A stretch of DNA of 53,097 nucleotides from an uncultured bacterium (GTDB lineage Bacteria > Hydrothermota > Tepidihabitantia > Tepidihabitantales > CAIPLT01), in the NCBI GenBank assembly GCA_964473505.1, contig CAYYPG010000002.1, positions 1-53,097 of the forward strand, read 5' to 3'. Position 1 is the first letter of the stretch. Each line of letters opens with the position of its first letter. Below are positions 1 to 10,140 of this stretch, in pieces. Position numbers and translations under genes: made by a program. A model generated the notes under the pieces. That model did not search any database. It was not told the origin of the DNA and worked only from the letters and a program-made list of their open reading frames with translations.

Positions 1-8
1 AAGACAAA

Positions 9-56
9 AAATATGCCTAACTATAACAAATTTCCACAAACATTGACAATATCTCT
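9..56 (+). repeat. D-motif repeat copy (AGATATGCCTAACTATAA..AATTTCCACAAACATTGACAATATCTCT)
   Basis: Matches the copies at 137-183, 22320-22366, 22435-22473 and 22493-37. Flanked by the short inverted ends AGATAT/ATATCT. Confidence 0.6.
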
Positions 57-136
57 CGCTTGAGAATCAGAAAGAAAAGTTCTAATGAAAAAAGATAAGA
101 ATGTATTAATAATGACTTGTTCTAAAGTAATCACCA

Positions 137-183
137 AGATATACTTAACCATAATAAATGTCCTTCAACATTGCTAATATCTC
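137..183 (+). repeat. D-motif repeat copy (diverged)
   Basis: AGATATACTTAACCATAATAAATGTCCTTCAACATTGCTAATATCTC aligns along its whole length with the 9-56 copy. Confidence 0.5.
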
Positions 184-360
184 AGACTATCTTTGAGTTT
201 GCCCAGAAAACCAATGCCTGGGTTCCAAAAGATATATGATAAGTTAATGTTTTTGCTTAATATTACCTTTGTCGCGGCAAATGACACCTAATCGTATAAT
301 ATAAATGATCCTAAAAGACGAGTTGATGTTATAGGTGCTATTGAAGAGTAATGTTTAAGC

Positions 361-428
361 AAGGGAAGGATATACTTTTATCTTTCCAATATCGATACAG
401 AATTTACACAAAGTATTAGACACTTACC
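361..428 (+). repeat. B-family repeat copy
   Basis: AAGGGAAGGATATACTTTTATCTTTCCAATATCGATACAGAATTTACACAAAGTATTAGACACTTACC. Has a purine/pyrimidine hairpin (GGAAGGA/TCTTTCC) followed by the shared core AATTTACACAAAGTATTAGACAC. Lies just 3' of nrdG. Confidence 0.6.
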
Positions 429-464
429 TATTGGGAGAAATTATAAGACTCTTGCTGGGCTCTT

Positions 465-1163
465 TTAAAACCCTCTTAGCGATACTTTGTTAAGATACGA
501 TTGAAGCAAGTGCAGAAATTCTTCAGCGTCATTTTTACTATATTGTTTAATATGTCTGAATTTTGTTTGTCGGGCATTTTGGGGAATATATTGCTGTAGA
601 ACATATGATTTCGCTGGTGCAATTTCTCGGGCAATAGCAATTAATTCTTCGGCACCGACTAATTGGGGAACCAAGGTAGTTCGAAACTCATAATCAATAT
701 TACTTTCTTGGAGTAGTTGGATTGTCCGTTTGATTAAACTAAGTTCAATTTTTCGTCCACAAGCCTGATAATAGCGCTCATCTAAAGCAGTTTTAACATC
801 CATTGCCACATAATCAATTAAACCCAATTCAAGCATTTCTTTTATCACATAAGGAAAACTACCGTTAGTATCAATTTTAGTCGGAAAACCAAGTTCTTTT
901 AGTTTAATTAGTAGGCCGAAAATTTCTGGATGTATCGTCGGTTCGCCGCCACTAACCACAACGCCGTCAAGCCAGTTCTTCTTTAAGATTAATTTATCTT
1001 TAATCTCTTGCCAGGACCAGATTTTGAGTTCTTTTGACTCTTTTACCAAGGAATAGTTTTGGCAAAACGGACACTTGAAATTACATCCGCCAACAAAGAT
1101 TACGGAACAGACTCTTTTTTCCCAATCAATTAATGAAGTTTCAATAAATCCGAGAATTTTCAT
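465..1163 (-). CDS. nrdG: anaerobic ribonucleoside-triphosphate reductase activating protein (radical SAM, NrdG-like)
   Basis: 232-aa ORF with the radical-SAM CxxxCxxC motif GGCNFKCPFCQN near the N-terminus and SGGEPT. Size is typical of class III RNR activases. TAA stop. Confidence 0.7.
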   Translation of the reverse strand: MKILGFIETSLIDWEKRVCSVIFVGGCNFKCPFCQNYSLVKESKELKIWSWQEIKDKLILKKNWLDGVVVSGGEPTIHPEIFGLLIKLKELGFPTKIDTNGSFPYVIKEMLELGLIDYVAMDVKTALDERYYQACGRKIELSLIKRTIQLLQESNIDYEFRTTLVPQLVGAEELIAIAREIAPAKSYVLQQYIPQNARQTKFRHIKQYSKNDAEEFLHLLQSYLNKVSLRGF

Positions 1164-1187
1164 TTATTTTGCAGGTCAAAAAAGTTT

Positions 1188-1457
1188 TTAGCGTGAATCG
1201 GTACCTAATAAGGTTTTTAATTCGGAAAATAATGGTGCGGTCTGTTCCCATCTTTTAACTTCAATTTTATCTTGTAAAAGAATTACTGTCGGAATTTCGC
1301 TGATACCCCAAAACGCACTTTGTGCCATACCTTCTACGGTTTCGACATCAAAATATTCAATGGGAATGGAAAATTCATTCTTAGCAAAATACTCTAACTT
1401 ATTTTTAACTTTATGACAAACTTCGCAAGTAGACTTACCAAAAATTAAAAGTTTCAT
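1188..1457 (-). CDS. small thioredoxin-fold / glutaredoxin-like protein
   Basis: 89-aa ORF with a CEVC (CxxC) motif at residues 11-14. Lies 24 nt upstream of nrdG on the same strand, the position NrdH usually occupies. Confidence 0.6.
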   Translation of the reverse strand: MKLLIFGKSTCEVCHKVKNKLEYFAKNEFSIPIEYFDVETVEGMAQSAFWGISEIPTVILLQDKIEVKRWEQTAPLFSELKTLLGTDSR

Positions 1458-1645
1458 ACCACAAATAATACTGGCAGTCTAAGAAAAGTCAAGTTAGAGC
1501 AATGAGCGTTCGGAAAAAGTCAACGTGCCTTAAAGCCCAATCCAATCTCTGTTATCTCATATCTCAAAAATTTACCATTATTACTGTTCCGTCTTGTCTG
1601 GTGGGATAAACTTTTTATCTTTTTCTACACCCAATATTATAAAAA

Positions 1646-1933
1646 GGTAAACGAGCAGCAACTGCGCCCTATGGATGTGTCGAAAGAGCCTTTGATATTT
1701 GTGAAATGGCTAAAGCTGCGGGTGCGGTCTTTGTTGCTCGAAGCACAACCTACCATACACCTCATCTCAAAGGATTAATCAAACAAGCATTAAAGAAAAA
1801 AGGGTTTGCAGTCGTCGAAGTAGTCTCTCAATGCCCAACACTTTACGGCCGATTAAATCGCATGGGTGACGCCATAAATAGGCTACGAAAACCCAAAGAA
1901 GATGATTTAAATTCTCTATCTAATATTCTCTAA
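1646..1933 (+). pseudogene. relic of the 2-oxoacid:ferredoxin oxidoreductase beta subunit (C-terminal third only)
   Basis: The frame GKRAATAPYGCVERAFDICEMAKAAGAVFVARSTTYHTPHLKGLIKQALKKKGFAVVEVVSQCPTLYGR resembles only the C-terminal part of KorB/PorB-type TPP subunits. A TAA lies directly upstream and there are no alpha/gamma partner genes. Confidence 0.6.
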
Positions 1934-1964
1934 GTTTTCAGAGTTTCCAAGACAGAACTGCGTA

Positions 1965-1992
1965 TTGACGAATTATCTTTTTTGATTAATCT
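1965..1992 (+). promoter_or_regulatory. sigma-70-like promoter abutting queA
   Basis: TTGACG-16 nt-TAATCT ends immediately before the first ATG (1993). The second in-frame ATG at 1999 would sit at about +1, so the mRNA may be leaderless. Confidence 0.35.
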
Positions 1993-3033
1993 ATGATTAT
2001 GCGGGTTGCAGAATTTGATTATTATTTGCCTAAAGAACTGATTGCTCAACATCCGGCAGATAAAAGAGATGAATCAAGACTTTTGGCGCTTAATCGTAAA
2101 ACCGGTGAGATAAAAGAAGGTATTTTCAGAGACATTATTAACTATCTTTATCCGGGTGATGTTTTGGTGATTAATGATACCAAAGTTATTCCCGCAAGGA
2201 TTTATGGAAAATTGAGTGAAAAGCCTAATGAGTCGATTGTGGAATTATTGCTTTTAAGAGAAATCGAATCGGGTAAATGGGAAGTATTGGCAAGACCAGC
2301 CAGAAAATTAAAACCGGGTATACTCATACAATTTGATAAGGTTTATGCAAAAGTATTAGAAAGAAAAGAAACGGGCATCCGAATTGTTGATTTTCAAGGG
2401 GCTGATGTTAGAAACCTATTAATCGAATACGGTGAAATTGCTTTGCCCCCATATATTAAATCTAAACCTATAGATATTAACCGCTATCAAACTATTTATG
2501 CACAAAAAGAAGGTGCTGTCGCTGCACCGACTGCTGGTTTACATTTTACTAAGGAATTGTTATCCGCTATTCAAGCCCGAGGCATAGAAATTACTAAAAT
2601 AACATTGCATTGCGGATTAGGTACATTTCGACCAGTAAAAGTTGATTTGGTAGAAGCGCATAAGATGCATGAGGAAGAATTTGAAATTACCGAAGAAACA
2701 GCAATGATTGTAAATAGAGCGAAAAAAGAAAACCGAAGAGTGATTGCGGTCGGAACCACAGTTGTCCGCTCGTTAGAATCGCAAGCGTTTTGTGACCAAG
2801 ATAATACCTTTCAGGTAAAAGCCGATAGAGGATTTACTGATTTATATATTTATCCTGGTTATAAATATAAAATTATTGATGCGATGATAACAAATTTTCA
2901 TTTACCCAAATCGACCCTCTTAATGCTTGTCTGTGCATTTGCCGATAAGGAGTTTATCTTAAAGGCATACAAGTATGCAATTGAGCATAAGTTCAGATTC
3001 TATAGCTTTGGTGATGCCATGTTTATCTATTAA
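1993..3033 (+). CDS. queA: S-adenosylmethionine:tRNA ribosyltransferase-isomerase
   Basis: 346-aa ORF. The N-terminus MRVAEFDYYLPKELIAQHPA and the C-terminal FYSFGDAM are characteristic of QueA. Confidence 0.9.
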   Translation: MIMRVAEFDYYLPKELIAQHPADKRDESRLLALNRKTGEIKEGIFRDIINYLYPGDVLVINDTKVIPARIYGKLSEKPNESIVELLLLREIESGKWEVLARPARKLKPGILIQFDKVYAKVLERKETGIRIVDFQGADVRNLLIEYGEIALPPYIKSKPIDINRYQTIYAQKEGAVAAPTAGLHFTKELLSAIQARGIEITKITLHCGLGTFRPVKVDLVEAHKMHEEEFEITEETAMIVNRAKKENRRVIAVGTTVVRSLESQAFCDQDNTFQVKADRGFTDLYIYPGYKYKIIDAMITNFHLPKSTLLMLVCAFADKEFILKAYKYAIEHKFRFYSFGDAMFIY

Positions 3034-3473
3034 TGGATAACCAATGAAAAGAATAATCGGTATTATGATACAAGCAACAGATAGCTACTTGGTCTCAATG
3101 AATTTGAACAAAACCATATCATCGAAAACTGGTCCTTAACTGCATAGTATTAATGATGCAAATAATTATTTATATTTGGTAATCGTGTTGGGAAACCAGT
3201 ATTGCTACAAAGACATGCGAAACACTGATATTTCTGCTATACTGGATAGCAAGCAAAATTATGTTGTCAAGTATCAGTTCAGACACCAAAGTAATAAGCA
3301 GTTTTGAGCGGACAGATATGACAAATAACCTATGAATAAGGAGTGCTACTTAGATACAAAAAATACTAAAATTATTTTTGTGTATTAATAACTTTTGAGC
3401 ATAATTACGCTAACAACCAGAAAAATTATTTGTTCAATAAGATATTTATCAACCGATAGTCTATTAAATTGAA

Positions 3474-4943
3474 ATGGAACCAATTACCATTAATGAAATC
3501 CTTGATGCCACTGGTGGTAAATTAATCCGAGGTGATAGAAATTATTTAGTAAAAAATATCTCAATTGATACCAGAAAAATTCTGCCGGGTGATTTATTTA
3601 TTGCCATCAAAGGCAAAACCTATGATGGCCATACTTTTATTCAGGAAGCCATAGAAAAAGGTGCTTGCGGTATTTTGATTGACCATCAAACGGTATCATC
3701 AATCGATACCTTGAATGTTAATGTGATTGTAGTGCAAAACACCTCCCAGGCATTAGGCGATATTGCGGCTAATTACCGAAAAAAATTCTCGCCAATCGTT
3801 GTTGCGATTACTGGCAGTAATGGCAAGACGACGACTAAAGATATGACAAGCCATATTCTTAGTAGTAAATATAAAGTAGTAAAGGCACCGGCAAGTTTTA
3901 ATAATGAGATTGGCGTACCATTAACCGTGCTTCAGTTAAGTAAAGAGACTGAAGTATTAATCTTAGAAATGGAGATGAATATTTTAGGTGGTATTAAAAG
4001 ACTATGTGCTATCAGTCAACCCAAAATTGGAGTTATTACTAATATTGGCGATACGCATCTGGAATTTTTATACAGTCGCGACGGTGTACTCAAAGAAAAA
4101 TTAGAGTTATTAGAAAGTCTTACTGAGTCTGGGATGGCAATTCTAAATGCTGATGACCCAATGCTCACACCAATCATAACCAACATTAAATCTAAAAAGG
4201 TATCTACTTGTGGTGTTAAATCATTCGATAATGATTTTACCAATTTTAAGTTTAACCAGTTATATACCTTTGGCATTGAAAAAGCGGCGGATATTTTTGC
4301 TGAGAAGATTATTGACCATTATGAAAAAGGAACTGAATTTCTTTTATGTGGACAATACCCGGTAAAATTAACCATCCCGGGTATATATAATATTTATAAT
4401 GCTCTGGGAGCAATCTGTGTTGCTCAAATCATCGGTTGCGAGTTTGATGAGATTGTTAGCCGACTGGCGGAATTTTCACCAGCACGAATGAGAATGGAAA
4501 AGATTGAAATTAACGGCATTGTTATTTATAACGATGCTTTTAATGCCAATCCGGAATCAATGATCTCAGCCCTTAATACATTTGCTAAGTTTAGCCCAGA
4601 CCAAGGGAAAAAGATTGCGGTCTTATCTGATATGCTGGAGTTAGGTGATAAGAGTATAGAACTTCACCAATTGGTTGGAAATCAAATTCCCCAAGGAATT
4701 GACATCCTATTAACTGTGGGCACGTATGCCCAATATATCGCAGAATCGGCTCAATGCAAAGCAAACCTGCAACAGGTAATTATTTGTCGTGACCATACAG
4801 AGGCATTTCATAAATTGGTTGACATTCTCAATCCTAACGATAAAATACTTATTAAAGGCTCACGATTAATGAAGTTAGAATTGATTATTGAAAAACTTAA
4901 AGAATACTATAGCAATAGTACGAAAAAACCAGTTAATGCTTAA
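3474..4943 (+). CDS. murF: UDP-N-acetylmuramoyl-tripeptide--D-alanyl-D-alanine ligase
   Basis: 489-aa ORF with the Mur-ligase P-loop TGSNGKTTTKDM and a MurF-type N-terminal domain. Confidence 0.85.
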   Translation: MEPITINEILDATGGKLIRGDRNYLVKNISIDTRKILPGDLFIAIKGKTYDGHTFIQEAIEKGACGILIDHQTVSSIDTLNVNVIVVQNTSQALGDIAANYRKKFSPIVVAITGSNGKTTTKDMTSHILSSKYKVVKAPASFNNEIGVPLTVLQLSKETEVLILEMEMNILGGIKRLCAISQPKIGVITNIGDTHLEFLYSRDGVLKEKLELLESLTESGMAILNADDPMLTPIITNIKSKKVSTCGVKSFDNDFTNFKFNQLYTFGIEKAADIFAEKIIDHYEKGTEFLLCGQYPVKLTIPGIYNIYNALGAICVAQIIGCEFDEIVSRLAEFSPARMRMEKIEINGIVIYNDAFNANPESMISALNTFAKFSPDQGKKIAVLSDMLELGDKSIELHQLVGNQIPQGIDILLTVGTYAQYIAESAQCKANLQQVIICRDHTEAFHKLVDILNPNDKILIKGSRLMKLELIIEKLKEYYSNSTKKPVNA

Positions 4944-5071
4944 ACAAAGCACAAGCAATATTATGGCCGTGCTAATCATAGCAATACAATACTTCTTAAA
5001 CGACTTTGAGCTTAATGAAGATGATAAACTTAAATTGATATTATCGAAACCATAAAAACCAGAGAAATATT

Positions 5072-6934
5072 ATGACGACACCAAAATCTAAGCCGATTAA
5101 AATTACTGATACCACGCTTCGTGATGCTCACCAATCATTATGGGCGACTCGAATGAAAACTGATGAGATGGTACCGGTACTCCAAAAGTTAGACCAAGTC
5201 GGCTATTGGTCATTGGAAATGTGGGGTGGAGCAACTTTTGATGTATGTATTCGCTATTTAAAAGAAGACCCCTGGGAACGACTGGCAATGATTCGAAAAG
5301 AAGTCAAAAACACAAAACTCCAGATGCTTTTACGGGGTCAAAATATTGTTGGTTATCGCAATTATCCTGACGATTTGTTAGAGGCGTTTATTGAAAAATC
5401 AGCCGAAGCCGGCATTGACATCTACCGAATTTTTGATGCCTTAAATGATGTTCGGAATCTGGAGGCCGCGATAAAGTTTGTTAAGAAATATAAGAAACAT
5501 GCGCAAGGCACATTATGTTATACAATTAGTCCAATTCATACTATTGATTACTACTTAAAATGTGCCAAAGCTCAGGTAAATTTAGGTATTGATAGTATTT
5601 GCATTAAAGATATGGCTGGGATAATTGCTCCCCGGGTTGCTTTTGAACTGGTTAAAAGATTAAAAGCCGAGATTAAACTACCGGTTCAACTTCATTCTCA
5701 TTCCTCCAGTGGAATGGTGGTTGCGAGTTATTGGAAAGCCATTGAAGCCGGGGTTGATATTATCGATACCGCTCATGGTCCCTTATCGTTTGCCACTTCA
5801 CAACCCGCAGTAGAAACAATTATTGCAATGCTCGCTGATACACCTTATGCGCCTAAATTATCATTAGACAAGATTGCCGAAATCTCCGAATATTTTGAAA
5901 CACTCCGACAGAAACAGAATATTACAATAGATAAAATCATCGATGAAATGGTACTAATTCATCAAATTCCTGGAGGAATGGCATCAAACCTTCAATCTCA
6001 ATTAAAAGAACAGAACGCGGTTGACCGATTACCAGAAGTTTTAGCTGAGGTGCCTAAAGTGAGAAAAGATTTAGGTTATCCGCCTTTAGTAACACCTACT
6101 AGTCAAATTGTTGGTGTCCAAGCGGTATTTAATGTCTTAGCCGGCGAGCGGTATAAAATTATTCCGGAGGAGATAAAGAACTATGTCCGTGGCTTATACG
6201 GTAGACCGCCCGCACCAATTAAAGATACAATCCGCAAAAAAATTCTCGGTGAAGAAAAAACAATTAGCAAACGACCCGCGGATTTATTAGAGCCGGTACT
6301 GGATAAAGTCAAAAAAGAACTGGATAAAAAATATGTTAAAAAAGAAGAAGATTATATTACTTATGCTTTGTTTCCTGAAGTTGCTCTGCGATACTTTGAG
6401 TATCGGGAAAACCCATCGCAATTTGATGAAAAGGAACAAAGTGAGGAAGAAAATATGCGGAAAGAAGATAAAGAAGGGTTAGATATATTAAAAGAATTAT
6501 TGGAACTATACAGCAAACATAATATTGCCGAACTGGAATGGGAATTTTCGGGTAATAAGGTGAAGATTCGGAAATCAGCTGGTGCGCCCGTAATCACGCA
6601 AGCGCCGATTGCCGCAGAAACTAAACCGCAAACCTATGTTGACCAAACAAGCACAACCCCTCAATCAGAAAAACCGACAAGTAGCACTAATTATGAAGAG
6701 ATAAAATCGCCTATGGTAGGAACCTTTTATAGTCGACCCCGTCCTGATGCTCCGCCTTATGTTAATAAAGGCGATATTGTTGATGTTGGTGAGACTTTAT
6801 GTGTCATTGAAGCGATGAAGTTAATGAACGAACTTGAAGCGGAGAAAAAATGCAGAATTATCGATATCTTGGCTAAAGATGGTGATGCGGTCGAATATGG
6901 ACAAGCATTGTTCTTAATCGAACCTTTCTCATAA
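5072..6934 (+). CDS. biotin-dependent carboxyltransferase (PycB/OadA 5S-type) fused to an AccB-type biotin carboxyl carrier domain
   Basis: 620-aa ORF. N-terminus ITDTTLRDAHQSL (pyruvate carboxyltransferase/HMGL-like domain). The C-terminus SPMVGTFY...GETLCVIEAMKLMNELEAE is a complete AccB-like BCCP with the biotinyl-Lys motif. Confidence 0.8.
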   Translation: MTTPKSKPIKITDTTLRDAHQSLWATRMKTDEMVPVLQKLDQVGYWSLEMWGGATFDVCIRYLKEDPWERLAMIRKEVKNTKLQMLLRGQNIVGYRNYPDDLLEAFIEKSAEAGIDIYRIFDALNDVRNLEAAIKFVKKYKKHAQGTLCYTISPIHTIDYYLKCAKAQVNLGIDSICIKDMAGIIAPRVAFELVKRLKAEIKLPVQLHSHSSSGMVVASYWKAIEAGVDIIDTAHGPLSFATSQPAVETIIAMLADTPYAPKLSLDKIAEISEYFETLRQKQNITIDKIIDEMVLIHQIPGGMASNLQSQLKEQNAVDRLPEVLAEVPKVRKDLGYPPLVTPTSQIVGVQAVFNVLAGERYKIIPEEIKNYVRGLYGRPPAPIKDTIRKKILGEEKTISKRPADLLEPVLDKVKKELDKKYVKKEEDYITYALFPEVALRYFEYRENPSQFDEKEQSEEENMRKEDKEGLDILKELLELYSKHNIAELEWEFSGNKVKIRKSAGAPVITQAPIAAETKPQTYVDQTSTTPQSEKPTSSTNYEEIKSPMVGTFYSRPRPDAPPYVNKGDIVDVGETLCVIEAMKLMNELEAEKKCRIIDILAKDGDAVEYGQALFLIEPFS

Positions 6935-7174
6935 GGAACATTACAATTAAAAGATTAAAGATTTATTTATATAATAGGTCACGGAAATAGAAATCCAAAG
7001 ATTTGTCATACCAAATGTGGTTTTTGAAGACGCAAAAAAGCATAATAAAATTCATTGCTATCTAAAGCAAGCCGTCGGATCTTTGAATTTCCGTGAATAA
7101 ATTTGACCTTACTTAGATGCTTCAATAAAATTTTAAGAAAACTTTGTATGTGTTTAGAGCCTTAATATTTAATT

Positions 7175-8728
7175 ATGAAAAAACCCAAACCAGTAAAAAT
7201 CATTGATACTACTTTTCGCGATGCTCACCAGTCATTAATGGCGACTCGTTTAAGAACTGCTGATATGTTACCAATTTGCGATAAGATGGATAAGATTGGT
7301 TTTTTTGCAATGGAAGTATGGGGTGGCGCAACCTTTGATGTCTGTATTCGTTATTTGGCTGAAGACCCTTGGCAAAGACTTCGCTTGCTAAGAGAACATC
7401 TGCCAAATACAAAACTATTAATGCTTTTACGGGGTCAAAATATTGTTGGTTATCGTAACTACCCAGATGATGTCTTAGAAAAATTTATCAAACTGGCTAA
7501 AAAGAACGGTATAGATATCTTTCGGATTTTTGATGCTCTTAATGATATCAGAAATATGGAGCGAGCGATTAAGACCGCAAAAGATATAGGTGCTGAGGTG
7601 CAAGGAACAATTTCTTACACCACTAGTCCAGTACATACCATTGATAAGTTCGTTGAATTTGCCCAGCAATTAGAAGAGATAGGTTGTGACTATTGTTGTA
7701 TTAAAGATATGGCTGGACTTATTTCGCCCCAAGCGGCTTATGAATTAGTTACCGCCTTAAAGCAGAAACTAAATATTCCGGTCGATTTACACACGCATTG
7801 CACCAGTGGAATGGGACCAATTAGTTATTTTTCGGCAATTAATGCCGGGGTTGATATTATTGATACCGCAATCTCTGTGTTTGCTGGTGGTAGTTCGCAA
7901 CCGGCTTGCGAAAACATGGTCGTCAGTCTTAAAGGAACACTTCGGGATACGGGTCTGGATTTAGAAAAACTCATTGAGATTGGTTACTATTTTTTAGAGA
8001 TTAAAAAGAAATATCAAAAATTCATTAGTCCAATTGCGGAAATGACCGATACCACAGTAGCAGTGCATCAGATTCCTGGTGGTATGCTCTCTAATCTCTA
8101 TTCACAACTCAAAGAACAAAATGCCCTGGATAAATATCAAGAAGTATTAAAAGAGACTCCCAGAGTCCGAGAAGATTTGGGTTATCCGCCTTTAGTGACA
8201 CCAACCAGTCAGATTATAGGTACCCAAGCGGTAATGAATGTTCTGTCTGGAGAACGATATGCCCAGATAAGTAAAGAAGTTAAAGATTATTGTTTAGGAT
8301 ATTATGGACGACCACCAGCACCAATTAAGAAAGAATTAATGGAAAAAATTATTGGCGATGAGCAACCAATTACTTGTCGGCCAGCAGATTTACTAAAACC
8401 TGAATTGCCGCAAAGAAAAATTGAAGCCGAGCAACTTGGAATATTGAGAAAAGGTTCCGAAGAAGAAGATTTAATAACTTATGCTTTATTTCCGCAGATT
8501 GCGGTCAGTTTCTTACAAGGAAAAACCGAACCAGAAAAATTAGCATCAGAAGTTAATGTTACCACAGACAGTAGCACTGACGAAAAGAAGATAATTGCGA
8601 TTGCGGTTGCTTTACACCAACATCTTGCTGCTAATTCCCAATATGCTTCCAATATTAGTTCGTATAGTAAAAGACAAACCGTATCCGAATGGAAATCAGT
8701 CGCGCGGCGAGAAGCCTTAAGAAAATGA
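7175..8728 (+). CDS. biotin-dependent carboxyltransferase 5S-type paralog without a carrier domain
   Basis: 517-aa ORF that is colinear with residues 1-450 of the preceding gene (IIDTTFRDAHQSL, HQIPGGM, GYPPLVTPTSQI). Has no AMKM motif. TGA stop. Confidence 0.8.
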   Translation: MKKPKPVKIIDTTFRDAHQSLMATRLRTADMLPICDKMDKIGFFAMEVWGGATFDVCIRYLAEDPWQRLRLLREHLPNTKLLMLLRGQNIVGYRNYPDDVLEKFIKLAKKNGIDIFRIFDALNDIRNMERAIKTAKDIGAEVQGTISYTTSPVHTIDKFVEFAQQLEEIGCDYCCIKDMAGLISPQAAYELVTALKQKLNIPVDLHTHCTSGMGPISYFSAINAGVDIIDTAISVFAGGSSQPACENMVVSLKGTLRDTGLDLEKLIEIGYYFLEIKKKYQKFISPIAEMTDTTVAVHQIPGGMLSNLYSQLKEQNALDKYQEVLKETPRVREDLGYPPLVTPTSQIIGTQAVMNVLSGERYAQISKEVKDYCLGYYGRPPAPIKKELMEKIIGDEQPITCRPADLLKPELPQRKIEAEQLGILRKGSEEEDLITYALFPQIAVSFLQGKTEPEKLASEVNVTTDSSTDEKKIIAIAVALHQHLAANSQYASNISSYSKRQTVSEWKSVARREALRK

Positions 8729-8901
8729 CTATACGAAAATCTAACCTAAAACCCCTAAGTGAACAATTCAAAGTTCACAACCAAATTGAGACTTTTTACC
8801 GAATTAGATGAAATTACCAATATTTTTGGTTTAAGTATCTTAACATTAAATATAGTAAAAGATTTTGACATTTTAAATGTATTTTTTGATTGATTTTTAT
8901 T

Positions 8902-9393
8902 ATGAGAATACAGGTTGGTGATAAATCTTTTGACATTGAGATAAGCGAGACGGTTGGAAAATTTAAAGCCCTTGTTGATGGTGAACCGAACGAGGTGCAA
9001 CCGAAATTTGATTCAGGAGGACAAATAGTCGGTCTGATTATTGATGGTAAAGAATATGGTGTGCGATTAACTAAAGAGAAGAATATTTATAAAGTCAGCA
9101 TTTTCAAAACACCATTAACTGCTTCAATCATTCAAACTTCAATAAAAGACGAAAAGGCTCCTAGCCTGCAAAAATCAATTTTAGTTTCCGCACCGATGTC
9201 AGGGTTGGTTATAAAATTGGAAGTAAGACCTAAAGATGTAATTGAGGCTGGTGCTGCACTTTTAATCTTAGAGGCAATGAAGATGCAAAATGTAATTAAA
9301 AGTCCACTTAAAGCCCAAGTTTCTACTGTCTATGTAAAAGTCGGTCAGAGAGTAGAAAAAGATGAAAAATTACTTACCTTAGAGCCGATTTAA
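8902..9393 (+). CDS. stand-alone biotinyl carrier protein (1.3S-type)
   Basis: C-terminal SAPMSGLVIKLEV...LLILEAMKMQNVIKSP biotin-attachment motif. I prefer the ATG at 8902 to the TTG at 8890 used in the track. Confidence 0.7.
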   Translation: MRIQVGDKSFDIEISETVGKFKALVDGEPNEVQPKFDSGGQIVGLIIDGKEYGVRLTKEKNIYKVSIFKTPLTASIIQTSIKDEKAPSLQKSILVSAPMSGLVIKLEVRPKDVIEAGAALLILEAMKMQNVIKSPLKAQVSTVYVKVGQRVEKDEKLLTLEPI

Positions 9394-10020
9394 TAATCTT
9401 CTTTTTATAAAAATCTTCAATAAAAGATAAAATTTATACATAAGAATCCACTTATTAGAATCTTTGTTAAAAGTGAGAAATTAATACCCAAGAAATAACT
9501 TTTGATAGAAACTATAACATGATGGGATACTTAAAGATATTGGGACACTTATCATAAGAAAAAATTCAACTGATAGTATTAGGTTTGTATCAGTAATCAC
9601 AGATACAAAACAATCTGTTTAGATAAAATACAACCCAAAAGAAAAACTTATCTTTCTCTCCTGAAAGAGATGTTTTGCGAGACTGTCAAATTCTTATATT
9701 TTTGCGGCTCATTCTTTTATTTTTTCTCAAGTCAATTACGATTAAGAATAAAACGGATTTATTTTTTCAGTCAGGTTTTAACTATGCAGCATTGGGGAAG
9801 ATAATCTGTGGTGAACGCGACCACAGCAGATTAAACCAACTGACTTTTTACACAAAAATGAGATATTTTTCTAATCCACACCGCTGGAAAGTTTGGACAC
9901 ATTGTCCAATGGATTGTTATGAACTTGTCTTTGCAGATACTAATGCCTATTTTTATCCATCAGATATCACAAAAGGCGATTTTCCAAAGATCTTATGATG
10001 TTAGAGATATTGATAGAAAA

Positions 10021-10088
10021 AGGAGGCAGTGTCTAATATTTTGTGTAAATTAAGGGTCGATATGAAGAAAAGATGTACTCTCTCCTGA
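10021..10088 (-). repeat. B-family repeat copy
   Basis: The reverse complement aligns with 361-428 and 48381-48448. The core GTGTCTAATATTTTGTGTAAATT is at 10029-10051. Confidence 0.6.
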
Positions 10089-10140
10089 GTTTAAACATAT
10101 TGATATATTAGAATAAAGAGCAAACCCTAAATAAGAAAAA

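Noticed and set aside
2571-2759. Antisense or shadow ORFs inside confident genes (for example 2571-2759, 4016-4276, 5103-5288, 17882-18223, 23458-23868, 25705-25998, 33554-33793, 35280-35543, 40385-40918, 42776-43042, 47594-47881).
   Set aside because: Each lies entirely within a well-supported gene on the opposite strand or in another frame, has low-complexity composition and resembles no protein family.
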